Assembly (NCBI RefSeq): GCF_009914755.1
Contig: NC_060926.1
Direction: 5' to 3' (one strand)
DNA: 64,000 nt
Source: the human T2T-CHM13v2.0 reference genome, Homo sapiens
In this document: piece by piece, positions 44,671 to 62,052 of the stretch
Layout: each line of letters begins with the position of its first letter
Numbering within the stretch: the first letter of the stretch is position 1
Translations under genes and position numbers: made by a program
Notes under the pieces: model-generated
What the model saw: the letters and a program-made list of their open reading frames with translations, nothing else
Databases searched by the model: none
What the model was told of the DNA's origin: nothing

Positions 44671-47600
44671 TTCACAGAGGAGGTGAACATCAGAGCACAT
44701 CCCTAATTTAAAGAAAAAGGCCCTTTTCCCACTTTTATTGCTTTCACTTCCTGTTCCTCTTTAGTGTGGAAACCAGGAGGGTCAGGAGAGAAAGTTCAGA
44801 GAGAGACAGGGACCCGCAGGGAAAGCACAGACAGGCCCATCACAGCCTTCTCACATCTCACAGTGGGCGGAGGAGAGACGAGGCCGACCCACAAGTGTTG
44901 CCTCTAATTCTTACTGAGAGCTCAATGTTGTCATTTCCATTTTAGAGAGCAGAAAGTTGTTCTAAGAGATCAACCACTAATATTACAGCTAGTATTTAAG
45001 GAACGCTGTGTACCAGGAAGCTGTTAGACACACACAGGTCATTCTCGCTATGAGAACAGAGACTAGTGTTATTCCTGTTTTGCAGATGATTTAACTGAGA
45101 CACAGGGAGACTCTGGAGTCAGGTCTGTGGCCTCTTAACCACTGAATCATACTCTCTTCCAAACCAGGCTTTGAAAGCAAAGGGCTACTGATTTCCTGGG
45201 CCTGCCCACCCGGTGCTCTCTCCTGGGCCGTCTGCCCCAGGGCCTTCCTGGCTCCTGATGCAGAGGAAACTTTCAAGGCTGGGGCTTCAGGGACCAACGC
45301 CTTCTTCTTCAAGGACTTTGAAGAAAAACTGGAAAGTGTGACAACCCTAAAAATTCATTCATTCATCCATTTGTTTATTCATTCACTTATTCAGCACAGA
45401 TGCATTGAGCATTTACTCTGGCTGAGCCAAGCCCTGGAGCAGTGCTGGCAGCATGCAGATGAGGCAGGCACTGCCCTCTGATGAACAGTCCTTCAAGCCG
45501 CAAATCTCTGTCCCTCGGAATACTGAAGACATTGTTCCATTGCCTCCTATTGGCCATTGTTGCCATCTGATGTTACTTAAGTATGAAATAAAAAAAAAAT
45601 TCTTTCAAATTCTGTGTATTACTTTTTTAAAACAACTACTAAATTGTTGTTTGGACCTAACTACTTAAATGGAACTATTAGGTGCTTCTTTTGGCCTAGG
45701 AAAAGCCATGAAAACATTTCTGAAACACTAAAGGCACCAAGAACCAAGAAAGCTTGGGAAACTCTGCTCTAAGATAAATTCCTACCATTGTATTTGCTGC
45801 AGCCGCGGCAGGTTTGTCTTTTTGTATATATACATGAATCCAACTGTCTTCTAGAAGAATTAAATTTAAATTTATAATCTAACAATCAGACAGAGAGAAA
45901 GGTTAAAAGTGACATTGATGTAGAGCCTCCAAATAGCTGATTTCTTTCCTCCAACAGACTTTCTTGTCACACAGAAGCCAAAGACTTTCTTGGAATTATC
46001 ATTTATTTCCATATATGCAAATTATGCATTTTTATTTTTCAAGTCTATGGACTTTTAGGGGGTTTTTTGAAAAGCACTGGGAGGGTTTTTTATAAGTATG
46101 CATCAACATGCCAACAATTGTTTCTCTCTGGATAAGGGATTTCCAGCAATTATTCCTTTTTTCTGTAGAACTTCCTGTATTACCTGAATTTACAATGTTC
46201 ATAGTCAACCTTTTTATTCAGAAGAAATAAAAACCCATCTTGAGAGGAAGAAAAACTGAATATATTGGATTAAATTTGTACCCAACTTCCATTAATGAGA
46301 GCTTAGGACACTGTACTAAAATATCCACCTCCTGTCATCCTCCTTTTGAGAAATGAAACCCCTGGTCATAAAAATAGCCTTTGCTTGCAGTTAGAAGGGA
46401 GAGGATTAGAAGGAAAAAAAAAAGGAAAAGCAGAAGGAAAACTGCCTGTTAGCAAATCTAAATTCAGATGAATGTCTGAGGGGCTGAGAGATGGTGCTGG
46501 GCCAGAACCAGCTCCCTCAAGTTCCCAAGACCTCTGTGGGGCCAAGAGGGGCTGGGGACTTCATGCAAGGTGCTGATTTCAGAGGCAGCTGTGATTAATT
46601 TTAGAAGGCCCTGACATTCTAACTGAGTCATCCTGAGGTGGCCCGATTGGAACTAATTGGGTGAGCCCATTTCAAGCTGGCTGTCTTCTCAAGTGTCCCA
46701 ACCCTCTGGGGTTCTTCCAGCTCCTGGAATTGGAAGGTCTTGATCCTGTCAGCAAGTGCCATCTCACCAACAAGGAGGGCCAGGGTCTGCCCACCCAGAG
46801 TGACAGGACCACCTCAAAACATGCAAAGAGGGTCCTGGCAGCTCTGTGTCCATGGGCAACTCAAAGACAGCCAGGATGATCACTCCTGGGAAGCTGACTC
46901 CAGTCTTTCCCATTACACCAGCAACTATAAAGCACTTACTGTATACAAACACCATGCAGCAACCATTCCCAAAACTAATTATTCATATTCCCTACAGAGC
47001 TTATTAAAAATATAAATGCCCGGGACCAGCCCTGGGCAGGGGCCCCTGGGGGTTTGTCAGGTAGGCCAGGTCTGGGAGCCACCATTGTGCCGCACCCAGA
47101 GCTGAGTGGCATGCAGACCCTGCCCTCAAGGTGCTGGCAGTCTGCTGAGAGCCGGGGCTGTGGTCACAGGAAAGGGACTGTGCTGGCTGATGGTCCCGGC
47201 CACGTGTTCCACTCCTAGGCCCCATGAACACATGGCTGCCAACAGGGTGGTCTCCAGAGGAAACTGGGGTCGTTGTTATGGCAAAGAGGATGCTGCGCAG
47301 GCACAAGTAGTGACTGTCGTCCTCAGCCTGATCTCCCAGGAGTTTAACATCCCGAACAGCTCCCACGGCACAGAATCAGGGAAGTACCAGGCACCAATAC
47401 CGTCGCCGGTGCACCCAGCCCCACTCGCACTCCTCTACCAGGCATCCCTCTTGCGAGGGTTTGCGCCTCCCCTCCACCAGGTAGTCTGACCCGCCTCCTG
47501 AGCTCAGCAATTGGTTCAGAGGAGAGCACCTGACTCAGGTAGGGCCAATTAGAGCCCTTCCCAGGGATTTTTCAACTCGGGAGCCAGGAGGAAGCCCATT

Positions 47601-48840
47601 AGGCGTCCAATACAAGAGGAGGCAAACCAGCTTCTACAGCCATCTCCTTGGCTGTATGGAAAAGCCCAGTGTGCCATGGAAGAGAAGGCAACATCCAGGC
47701 CACAGGGGAGATGGTGTGCTGGTAGCAGTGAGTTCCTGGTTCCATCACCCTGGCTACTACCCAGGTTTGGCTTGGGTTTCTGTCACTTGCAACCAAAGAT
47801 TTGTAACTAATACTTAGGTGTACATCAGGTTGTCCAAAAAGAGGATGGGTAGACTGGAGAGGAAATGCTGGGGCCAGAGCCCTTCCTCACAGCCCAACAA
47901 ACCTGCTTCTCAAAGGGTGCTGACCAGTTCATCAGCCTAATTCAGGTTTAGTCATTCAAAAAATTCAACCAGGGAGGTTTGGTTAAGTCAAGGTATGCTT
48001 CCTGGAGGAGGGGAATTTAAGGCTGGATTTTGAAGGGAGAGACCACAAGGCACTCCCAAGCAGTACTGCAGATGGAGGAGCTCTATTCCAGGAAAGGCTG
48101 TAAATACTTCCTGACTCGCAGAAAGATCTTCAGAGACACACATACTGTCCTCTCGCTATTCTTAGCAGCATGTCATGCAGGGAGGGCCCAGGATCCCTGT
48201 GGCTGCACGTCCTGGGGGAAAGATGAGCTGGCCCCTCAGCCTGCTTAGTTCCTGAGCTTAGCAAGTGAGCCCGGCTCACACTGCAGCCGGGGATTAAAGC
48301 CGAGGGGCTCCAGGAAGCCTCTTCTGAGAGTGCCGGAGTTGGAAGTGCGTCCAGCCAACAGGCCTCTTTAATTCCAAGGGTCTGGGCTGAGGCATCCTGA
48401 CAGCTCGGGGGACCCCGGCCCCCAAGGGCTGCATAGCAGTAGAAAGTTTACCCTCATCTTGATAACTTTGCCTAGACTTCTGGACTCACCTCTGTCCCAG
48501 CATGGGACATGCAGATTGACAGGGCCATCCACAGGGTCAGAGTTTCCTGGAGTTTCAAGTTTTCTCCTAAAGATATTCACATGTATTGTTTAACAGCTTA
48601 AGACATCATTCTCATACCATACAATTCATCCATTTAAAGTGTACAATTCAATGGCTTTTAGTGTATTCACACAATTGTGCAACCACCACCACAATCAATT
48701 TTATAACATTTTCATTACTCCAAAAAGAAACCACCTCCAATTGCTCCATCCCCAATACCCCTCCCAATCGCTCCATCCCCTGTAGCTCCAGATCTGTTTT
48801 GTGTCTCTATAGATGGCACTATTCTGGATATTTCATATAA

Positions 48841-49179
<339 letters not shown>

Positions 49180-49184
49180 TAGAC

Positions 49185-49555
49185 TTTAAAAAGCAGATAA
49201 TAACAAGTGTTGATGAGGATTTGGAGAAATTGAAGCCCTCTTACACTGTCGGTGGAAACATAAAATGGTGCAGCCGCTTTAGAAGAGTCTGGCAGTTTCT
49301 CGAGAAATTAGTTATTTTACCCAGCAATTTCACGCTTAGGCATGCCCCCAAGAGAAATGAAAGCATGCCCAGACAAAAACCTTTACATGAATGTTCATAG
49401 TACCATTATTTATATTAGTCAAGAGTTGATAACAACCCAATATCCATCAACTGATGAATGGATAAACAAAATGTGGTATATTCATACAAGGAATATTATT
49501 TAGCCATAAAAATGCACTGATTCATACAACAACATGGATGAACCTTGAAAACATT
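49185..49555 (+). mobile_element. L1MB 3' fragment (sense)
   Basis: aacaagtgttgatgaggatttggagaaattg...gatgaatggataaacaaaatgtggtat...acatggatgaaccttgaaaacattatg. Confidence 0.8.
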
Positions 49556-50415
49556 ATGTATTTATGATTTTTGTTATAATTTCTTTCTTCCTTCTCCTTG
49601 CTTTTTGTTTGGTTTGCTCTTCTTTTTCCAGTGTCTTATGATGGAAGATTAGGTTGTTGATTTGAGATCTTTCATGTTTTTTAACATAGGTGCTTACAGC
49701 TATAAATTTCTTCCTAAGCACTGCTTTATCTGTTTCCCATAAGTTTTGGTATACTGTATCTTTATTTCATTTATCTCAAGGTATTTCTAATTTATCTTGT
49801 AATTACTTCTTTGAGCCATTGATTAAATAATCAATGTCTCTATAGATTGCACTTATTTCTTATTGCTTATTTGAGCATATATGGTTAATTTCTACATATT
49901 TCTGCATTTCTCAAATTCATTTGTTATTGATTTTAATTTTATTTTGTTTGGGGGAGAAAATATACTTTGTATTATTTAAAAGTATTTCTACATAGATTTC
50001 TAATTATTGCTTTATGCAATTGTCTTTCAGATGAGATGGGGAAAAAAGAATTACTAGCAATATACACTTATACTGTCTTTTATATTTACCTATGTAGTTA
50101 CTTTTACCAATGCTCCTTATTTCTTCATATAGATTCAAGTTACTGTCTAGTGTTTCTTTTATTTTAGCCTGAGAGACTCCCATTAATATCTTTTGCAGGG
50201 CAGCTCTCCCAGTGATGAATTCCCTGTGTTTATCTGGGAATGTCTTCATCTCCTCTCATTTTTAAGGAATAGTTTTGCTGAATATATAGTTCTTGTTTAA
50301 CAGGTTTTTTTTTCGTTTTACCATTTTGCATATATCATCCCATTGCTTCCTGGTTTCCATGGTTTCTTATGAGAAATCAGCTTTTAATTTTATGAGAATC
50401 CCTTGCACATGATGA

Positions 50416-51052
<637 letters not shown>

Positions 51053-51574
51053 TAGATAATCTCAACTGACATATATTCAAGTGCATTGATTTTTTTTCTG
51101 TCTGCTCAAATCTGCTGTTGAGGCCTTCTGATGGAATTTTCTTCTTAGTTATTGTACTTTTTGACTCCATAACTTCTATTTGGTTTTATATCTATAGAAC
51201 CAAGTATATATAATATATATGTAAATAATATATATATGTATAAAAAATATAATTATATATAATATATAACCAAATATGTATAAAATGCATATTTTTGTAT
51301 ATATAATCCTTTGAACATATTTAAAGTAGCTGATTTAAAGTCTTTGTCTAGTAAGTCCAACATCTGGGCTTTCTCAGGGACAGTTTCTATTGATTGTTTT
51401 TTTCCCATGAATGGCCCATACTTTCTTATTTCTTTCCATGCTCCTATTTTTTGTTGAAAACTAGACATTTTAAATAATATATTATGGCAGCTCTGAAAAT
51501 CAAATTATCTCTCCAAGGTTTATGGTTTTTGTTGTTTTTTGTAGTTGTTTTCATTTTGTTTGTTTAGTGTTTTG

Positions 51575-51875
51575 GGGGTTTTTGTTCGTTTGTTTCTTTT
51601 TTGAAATGATGTCTCACTCCTGCCCAGGCTGGAGTGCAGTGGCATGACCTCAGCTCACTGAAAACTCCAGGTTCAAGCAATTCTTGTGCCTCAGCCTCCC
51701 GAGTAGCCAGGATTACAGGTATGTGCCACCACACCTGGCTAATTTTTGTATTTTTAGTAGAGACAGGGTTTCACCATGTTAGCAAGGCTGATCTTGTACT
51801 CCTGACCACAGGTGATCTGCCCACCTCAACCTCCCAAAGTGCTGGGATTATAGATATGAGCCACTGCACCCAGCC
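51575..51875 (-). mobile_element. AluS-like (diverged)
   Basis: Antisense Alu consensus. Confidence 0.85.
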
Positions 51876-52815
51876 TATTTAGTGTATTTTTTTTTAACTA
51901 ATTCTGCATAGTCTGTATTCTTTGTTGTATGTAGCAATGAAGTCTCTGCTCATTTAGCCTAGTGATCAGTTAATTATTGAGCAGAGACTTCCTAAAAACA
52001 TCTGAAACAAATAAGTCTCCCAGTCTTTGCTGGGGGGCTCTTTGTGTACATTAGGCGTGCCTGCAACCCTCAGCCAGGCAGTTTACAACTCTGCCTTAGC
52101 CTTCACTTCCTGATTGCACAGAGTCTCAGGGGAGCCAGAGATGAGAGCTTAGGACCTTCTCAGGTTTTTTTCAGGTCAATCCTGGGCATGCTCACAGCCT
52201 TACACAAGAACATGACCTTCTTGATTCCCAGGAATATTTCAGAGCTTTTCAATGCCCCCTGTAGATATCCTATTCCCCAACTTTTCATTTTAAGCTTTTT
52301 GGTTGGTCTGTTATTTGCCCCAGCTGTTTTCTACTCCCTCAGGCATCCATGAAGTTAATCAATTTGGCTGTAATTGTTTCTGATAAATGGCCCTGGAAAA
52401 GAGCTTTTCACACTGTGTAAGTTCAGAGTCAGGTCAAATACAGACAACCTTACAAAGGGGGATCTTCCAGAGAATCACCAGACAGGTCAAATAATGACAG
52501 CTCTCTGGTAATGGGCCTTTAACGAGCTCCAGGCCAATTCTGTTCCCTTAGGTGGCTGCCACCATGCTAATTTTCACTGTTAGTGTACGCTTTAATTTTT
52601 CAAGGTTACCATGGGGATGGGACTAGGATAAATTAAAATGTCACAAAGCTTTTTTTCTTACCAGGATTCTGCCACTTTTCTTAAATATTAACACTACTTG
52701 GATTGTTGCAATTTAATTTCCAAAGTTCAAAAAAAAATTGGCTCTGATAATTTTTGTCAATTTTCTCATTGCTTTTATGGAGAGACTTTTCAGAGGTCCT
52801 AACTCTGCCACTTCC

Positions 52816-53140
52816 TTTTTTTTTTTAAATAGACAGAGTCTCAGTCTTGTCAGGCTGGGGTGTAGTGGTGCAATTATGGCTCACTGAAGCCTTGACCTCC
52901 CAAATGCAAGCAATCCTCCCGCCTCAGCCCCCTGAGTACCTGAAACTACAGGTACATACCACTATCCCTGGCAACTTTTTTTTTTTTTTTTTTTTTTACC
53001 AGAGATGGGGTAACCCCTACCAGAGACAGGGTCTCACTATGTTGCCCAGGCTGGTCTCTAACTCTTGTGGGATGAAGTGATTCTTCTGGCTCGGCCTCTC
53101 AAAATGCTGAGATTACAGGCATGAACCACTGTGCCCAGCC
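52816..53140 (-). mobile_element. AluJ-like with 15-bp TSD
   Basis: TSD ctaactctgccactt at 52799-52813 and 53141-53155. Confidence 0.88.
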
Positions 53141-53912
53141 CTAACTCTGCCACTTTCACCAACATCCACTTTGTATTTTGCATTCTACTCCACAGTATAT
53201 CCGAGCACATTCACATAACCTAATTCGGTTTACATTATTTAGCATGCAATGAAATCAACTCTCTAGAAAGATACGCTAAGTCTATTCTGGGGCTTCACAC
53301 TCCCAGCATACTCCCAAGTAGTTCAGCTCATTATAACTTTCTAATTATGTGTTGTCTTCTCCACATCCTGTACCTCCCGGGTGCAGGAATAAGTAAGTAT
53401 CCTTCATTTCTGTCAACTGTGGCTGGCACAGAACTGAGGAAATCAGGTGGGTGTAAATGTGGAACCAAAATGAGTGGCCCAACTTCTTATTTATCTAAAT
53501 GTCCCAACATGGAGCAGGACATGCCAATAACACCTGGGGAAAATGCCCAGATAACTTCACTAGACTGAGTTCAATACTCATTTCTCAGCTCTGACGTAAA
53601 CCTCAGTCATTCCCAAACCGCGTATTTTCTGCCATAGGCTGTAAGAGATTTCCTGATGGGAATCGCCATCTTGAAAATATGGGTTAGAAGCCTCAGATGC
53701 TAAGAGAGACATTGCTTTCCAAATGAATAGAAAGTAGACTAGAGAGTGGCTGTTTCCATGGACGTTTCCTTCACAGATTTTTACAGTTTTTTTCTCTGAA
53801 CTCAAATAGCAGTTGCTAAAAAGAGTAATCTGAACAGTGACTGTCAATGGCATGCCACAGTCCCACCAGGGCACATATAAATACATATAAATGTTTGTAT
53901 AAGATTAAAGTC

Positions 53913-54480
<568 letters not shown>

Positions 54481-54526
54481 TCAGCAAGAGGTGATCTTTT
54501 ATGTTCAGCCTTGATGCTGTTGTTGA

Positions 54527-54562
<36 letters not shown>
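54527..54562. repeat. (CA)n(GA)n compound microsatellite
   Basis: Direct reading. Confidence 0.9.
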
Positions 54563-55765
54563 TTCTTTTGCCAGTTAGTTCAAATGCATGGGTGATGATT
54601 ATTTGTGATTAAGATACCGCAGTTTCTTGGCCACTGTAATGGACATTTGATATTTAGAGATCACCCAGTCAAGGGAGCGCCCTTCCTGTCTATCTGGTGG
54701 GAGTCTTGCTTTACTTGGTGAGAGCCAGGCTTTGCCTACTACTATGTGGCTGGAGGAAACCAGGCACTCTTCCTCCTCATGCCCTGGTAGCCAGAGGAGG
54801 TCGCATGACTCAAGCTTGGCTGGCCTGGTGTTTCTGCCACAATCACAGAGCTGGTGAGATCATCTATCCCAGCAGAGGCTCTGAGGATCCAGGGGGGTGC
54901 AGGGGGTGTTAATTGGAAATGGAGCCAGCCGACCAGCCCCCTCCAGATGGCCTCTAGGACAGGGCCTGTGTAGTCCTCAGGCCCATGGGCCACCCTGGGT
55001 TCCTGCACACTTTACTGACTGGCTCCCCCGCCCATCCCTGCACCCTACTCCCCGCCCCAGTACTCTCCAAACCAACCCAGCTCTCTTCAGGCAGCCAGGG
55101 TCAGGTATGGCTGCATTCCTTCCTCAGGCCCCTGGCCATTTCCTATTTTTCTTATGAACAGTCTAAGGACCAAGAGCCCGCTGGCATAGGATGTGTGATC
55201 CTGAGTTTAAGCAAGAGTGGAGTTTCAAGTTTTTGGAGATGGTGGGCTCACCGTAAGTTTCTGTAACACCCACCAAGTGCACACGTGGGGCCTCTGGATT
55301 CCAGAAGCTTTTTCATAGTTCCCCAGTGCTGTGTGGCCAGCCCCTGTTTGTACTGATTCCTTACATCCTCCTCCACAGCTCAGATCTCAGAGCCTTGCCT
55401 TGAAGCATCCTGGAAACCCTAACCCACTTGATGATCACTGTCCTGCTAAGTGAGTGACCCTGGGGTCTCAGTGGGAACCCCGGCATAGGGCAGGCCTGGG
55501 TGCAGCTCTGCAGGCTGATCGTGAGGTTCTCCAGAGGCCAAAGAAGCTGATGGCAGGTGGGCAGTGAGGCCAAGGAGCTGAGTCCTGGGGGCTTCACTAG
55601 GAACCTGGAGGAGCTTCCAGTGGTTTCTCCTGTGGGTGGAGGTGGGACGAGAGACGTTCCTAAAGAGAGAGGTCTAGAGAACACAGCTGTCAGCAAGGTC
55701 CCAGGTAAAGGGCACATGCCTCTGCATGTTTAATTTTCATATTCCCAAATAACAGCTTTTCTCTC

Positions 55766-56065
<300 letters not shown>

Positions 56066-56735
56066 TCACTCCAGTTCTTTTAATAGGAAGTAAAGCAACA
56101 GTTCTCCCACCCCATGCCAAGAAATTCTGTAACCCCTTGTCCAGTCACTACTGTGATTGATTCCAAATGAGAAACACTGCCAGGAAGACCAAGCACTGCA
56201 CCGAATACCTCCAACACTCACGGGTTAGGGTTTAGAGGCCTTGAGAAGACAGGGATTGAACATTCTGCATGAAAAACTGTAGAAATCTTATCTGAAACCC
56301 CAACATAGAAAAAAAAATGGAAAGAGCAACAAGACACTCAAATATATTTGATGAGTTCCATATGAAGTTATTCTACCAGTTCAATTTGTAATGTGCTGCT
56401 AAGGGGGTGGGACCCTGGAGGCCCTCAGTGGGAGATCAACCATGTGAACGTCTGACCATAGAAACTGTGCAATAAAAAAGCTGTCTTGGTTTAAGCTGCA
56501 GAGTCTTGGGTTAATTTGTTATGCCACAATAGATAACTAACAGGATATCCTCAGCTGTGATCTTCATGCAAAAGTTATTTTCTTTCTAATTTCTTCCATT
56601 GCCAAATTAATATATGTGCTTTAAAAACATTTTAAAAGGAAAGAAAAACTAAAATCACCAATTTTGTCACCATTCAAATGTCATTGTGTTAATAATTTGA
56701 TCTGTTTCTTGTTTACTTTTTCCTCTATTGAGGGT

Positions 56736-56768
<33 letters not shown>

Positions 56769-56770
56769 GT
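56736..56770. repeat. (TTG)n microsatellite
   Basis: About 10 units. Confidence 0.9.
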
Positions 56771-57328
56771 TTTTGCCATAGTTGTAGTCAGTCATTCTGT
56801 ATACATAACATTTTTCTGTTTTGATTTTACTTAACGTTTTTGGGTTTTAATATTTCTTAATTTTATTCTGAATGTGCACATGAAGTCCTCTGGATCTGAG
56901 ACAGACTCCTCCCCATTGACCTTACAGTAAATCATAAGCCTAGGGCCCCTCCTTGCTCCAGTCCATGCTTGTGGGAGAGGCAGTGAGAGCCAAATGGAAA
57001 CTCTCCACGAGCAACTGGACACTCCTTAGGGGAGGACTGAGAGCAACGGGCTGTGGCCAGTTACACCCAGGAGAGACACTGGGGGCCCTCTCTCCTGAAA
57101 GAAGGGAAGACATGCTTGCTTTTTGGAGAGTGCATGGCTAGAATCCTGAATTCTCACTCTGCTCTTTGGAATGTAAAGACATTTCTCTAGGGACCAAATA
57201 ACCTAGAGCTAGTTTTCCCCTTGATATGCAAACACATAACTCCAGAGTGAGGTAAACCTCTCTAGAGTTCTTCACTATCTTTATAATTGTAAATTAACTT
57301 TTAAGGCTTGATCATAACCCAGTGTTCT

Positions 57329-57690
57329 GGACTGTACATCTGTGTCCTCCCCAGATCCATATGTTGAAGCCCTAAACCCCAGTGTGATGGTACTAGGAGA
57401 CAAGGACTGTGGGAAGTGATTGGGATTAGATAAGGTCGTGAGGGTGGGATTAATCCTCATGATGGGATTAATGGCCTTATAAGAAGAGACACCAAAGAAC
57501 CTGCTTGCTCCTTCTCTTCACCATGCAAAAACACAGTGAGAAGGCAGCTGTCTGCAAGCCAGCAGGAGAGCCCTCACCTGAAGCTGCCAGCATCTTGATT
57601 TTGGACTTCCCAGCCTCCAGAACTGCGAGAAATGGAATCCTGTTGTTTAATCCACCCAGTCTATGGTACTGTGTTATGGCAGCCTGAATG
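57329..57690 (+). mobile_element. MLT1A-type MaLR LTR
   Basis: catatgttgaagccctaaaccccagtgtgatgg...ttggacttcccagcctccagaactgcgagaaat...gttatggcagcctga. Confidence 0.82.
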
Positions 57691-58067
57691 AAAATGCCCA
57701 GGATTCCAAGTTTAAGCGGATTTTGTTCAGAGATTTGGCAGAAACACAAAAATATTGTGTATACCCCACAGCATTATAAAATAATGCTTTTTTTCTTACA
57801 GACCCCTAGTGCTGTTAGGAACTTGGTCTTCAAGATTTTAAATGCCTTTTTGGAATTGATCACAGAAAAATGAACATAATCAATGAAAGTACTTTTCAGA
57901 TTTCAAATACATTTCTGGCTTGATAATCTTTATATGCAGGCTACAATGAAATACTGCTTTAAAACAAAAAATTTCCAACCAGCATATGGCTCTGCCTTCC
58001 ACCTGGCTCTCAAAACATCATCTCTGGTTTTCCCACTGAATAGTCAATATTAAAGAATAAATAAACT

Positions 58068-58370
58068 GGCCAGGCACAGTGGCCCATGCCTATAATCCCA
58101 GGACGTTGGGAGGCTGAGGCAGGAGGATCACTTGAGCCCAGGAGTTCGAAACCAGCCTGTAGAGATGGTAAAACCCCATCTCTACAAAAAATACAAAAAT
58201 TAGCAGGGCATGGCGGCATGTGCCTGTGGTCCCAGCTGTTCAGGAGGCTGAGGTGGGAGGGTCACGTGAGCCCAGGGAGGTCGAGACTGCAGTAAGCCCT
58301 GATCACACAACTGCACTCCAGCCTGAATGACAGAGTGAGACCCTATCTCAAATAAATAGATAAATAAATA
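58068..58370 (+). mobile_element. AluJ-like
   Basis: Diverged Alu with (TAAA)n tail. Confidence 0.88.
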
Positions 58371-59176
58371 TCGACCAAAAAAACCCAGGATCTCTGCTTA
58401 GCCATGCATTAGAAGCACCTGGGGAGATGGTTTAGTCAAGCAGCCCACGGGTGCTCCCTGGAGGGCAGAGGATACTTGCAAATTCCAAAATCAAAAGTAC
58501 CACCAGAAGCCAGGACAGCTTTGTCCTCCTCAGCCCTTCCACCTATTCACAGCCATAGAAACACGCCAGGAGAGAGGCTCACAGATGGATGGCCACGGCC
58601 TGCGGGCCCCAGCCTCTAGCACTGTCCCTAGAGAGAGAGTGCCCGGGGCTGGAGGGCAGTGAGATTAGCCAGGGGCACAACAGCTGGAATCCGTTTGCCC
58701 CATTCTGAGTCACAGCAGTGACCTGCAACGCCAAAGACGGCCTTTCTCAGAGTGAGAGGAGCAAGGAGACCCCCAGTGGAGGGCCAGGGGGCTGCATTAA
58801 CAGGGACCTGGGCCTCTTAACCTTGCCCAGCGTGACTCCAAAACTCTGCAGCAGAGCAAGGGCACGTGCCCCAGTGGCCCAGTTCCTTCCCAGTTCAGAA
58901 GCTTGTTCCCCTCCCCCACTTCCAACAGCATCCAGAGGTGCCAGCCCCTAGTCCCTTCCAGGGGGGACTAGCCCTTCCCACTCCATTCTGTGGGAAGGCA
59001 GTATAGCCCGGGTCTGCGGTGCAAGGTCAAGATTGCCCATCTCGATTGTTTTAAGCAGAAACCACGGAAGGGGAAAGAGATGTCTGTGGACTTCTGCCCT
59101 GTACTCAGGACTCCTTTCTACTCTTGGCCTGACAGCTAAGTTCATGCTAGACAGTTCCCTCGCAGCAAGATTTTAA

Positions 59177-59661
<485 letters not shown>

Positions 59662-59799
59662 TAGGTAGTGAACTTCCGCTGGGTGCTCAATCCATGGGGA
59701 CTTAGGGGCCATGGGAGGAAGAGGCTGAAAGAATGCACCTGTCACTGGCTTTGAGATGCCTTCACACCACCCAAGGCAGCGGCACCCGGCTGTGGTGTG

Positions 59800-61315
<1,516 letters not shown>

Positions 61316-61520
61316 AGCTTTCATGCAAAACTGAATCTGTTGTGCTAGGAGTTAGACCCCAAACCGTGCCCTTGCAAATGTCTTGAAGCACTGTGGGCAC
61401 ATTCATTCATTCATTCCATAGCTGCGTGTTGGGTGCCAACCTTGTGCCAACCATGATGCCAAGTGTTACACATCCAAACATCACTAGACATGGTGGGGGC
61501 TCAAGGCCCAGGATAGCGCA

Positions 61521-62052
61521 GTGATGGTGAATTTTAGGTGTCAACTTGACTGGGCCACAGGATACTCAGATTAACCATTGTTTCCAGGTGTGTCTGCCAG
61601 GGTGTTTCTGGATGAGATTAGCATTGAAATTGGTGAACTTGGTAAAGTAGAAAGCCCTCCCCAATGGGGCTGGGCTTCATCCAAGTCCTTGAGGGCCTGA
61701 ACAGAACAAAAGGCAGAGGAAGGAGAAAATCACCCCTTTTTTTCTGCCTCACTGCTTGAGCTGGGACGTCTCCTCCTCTCCTGTCCTCAGACTGGGTTTA
61801 TGCCCTCAGTTCCCTGGTTCTCAGGCCTTTGAACTTGGACAGAACTACACCACCAGCTTTCCTGGGTCTCCAAATTTCAGATGGTAGATCATGGGACTTC
61901 TCATCCGCCACGATTTCATGAGCCAATTTTCATAATCAATCTCTCTATAGATGATAGATAGATAGACAGAGATACTTATATAAATAGGTAGGTATGAGCT
62001 TATCTATCTGTCTATCCTATTGGTCTATTTCTTTGCAGTACCTGACTTACAC
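61521..62052 (+). mobile_element. MLT2B-type (ERVL) LTR
   Basis: gtgatggtgaattttaggtgtcaacttgactgggcc start, (GATA)n near the 3' end, ...ctgacttacaca end. Confidence 0.8.

Noticed and set aside
48737-48780. 17-bp direct repeat ccaat(t/c)gctccatcccc
   Set aside because: A small local duplication inside an old L1 3' end with no functional indication.
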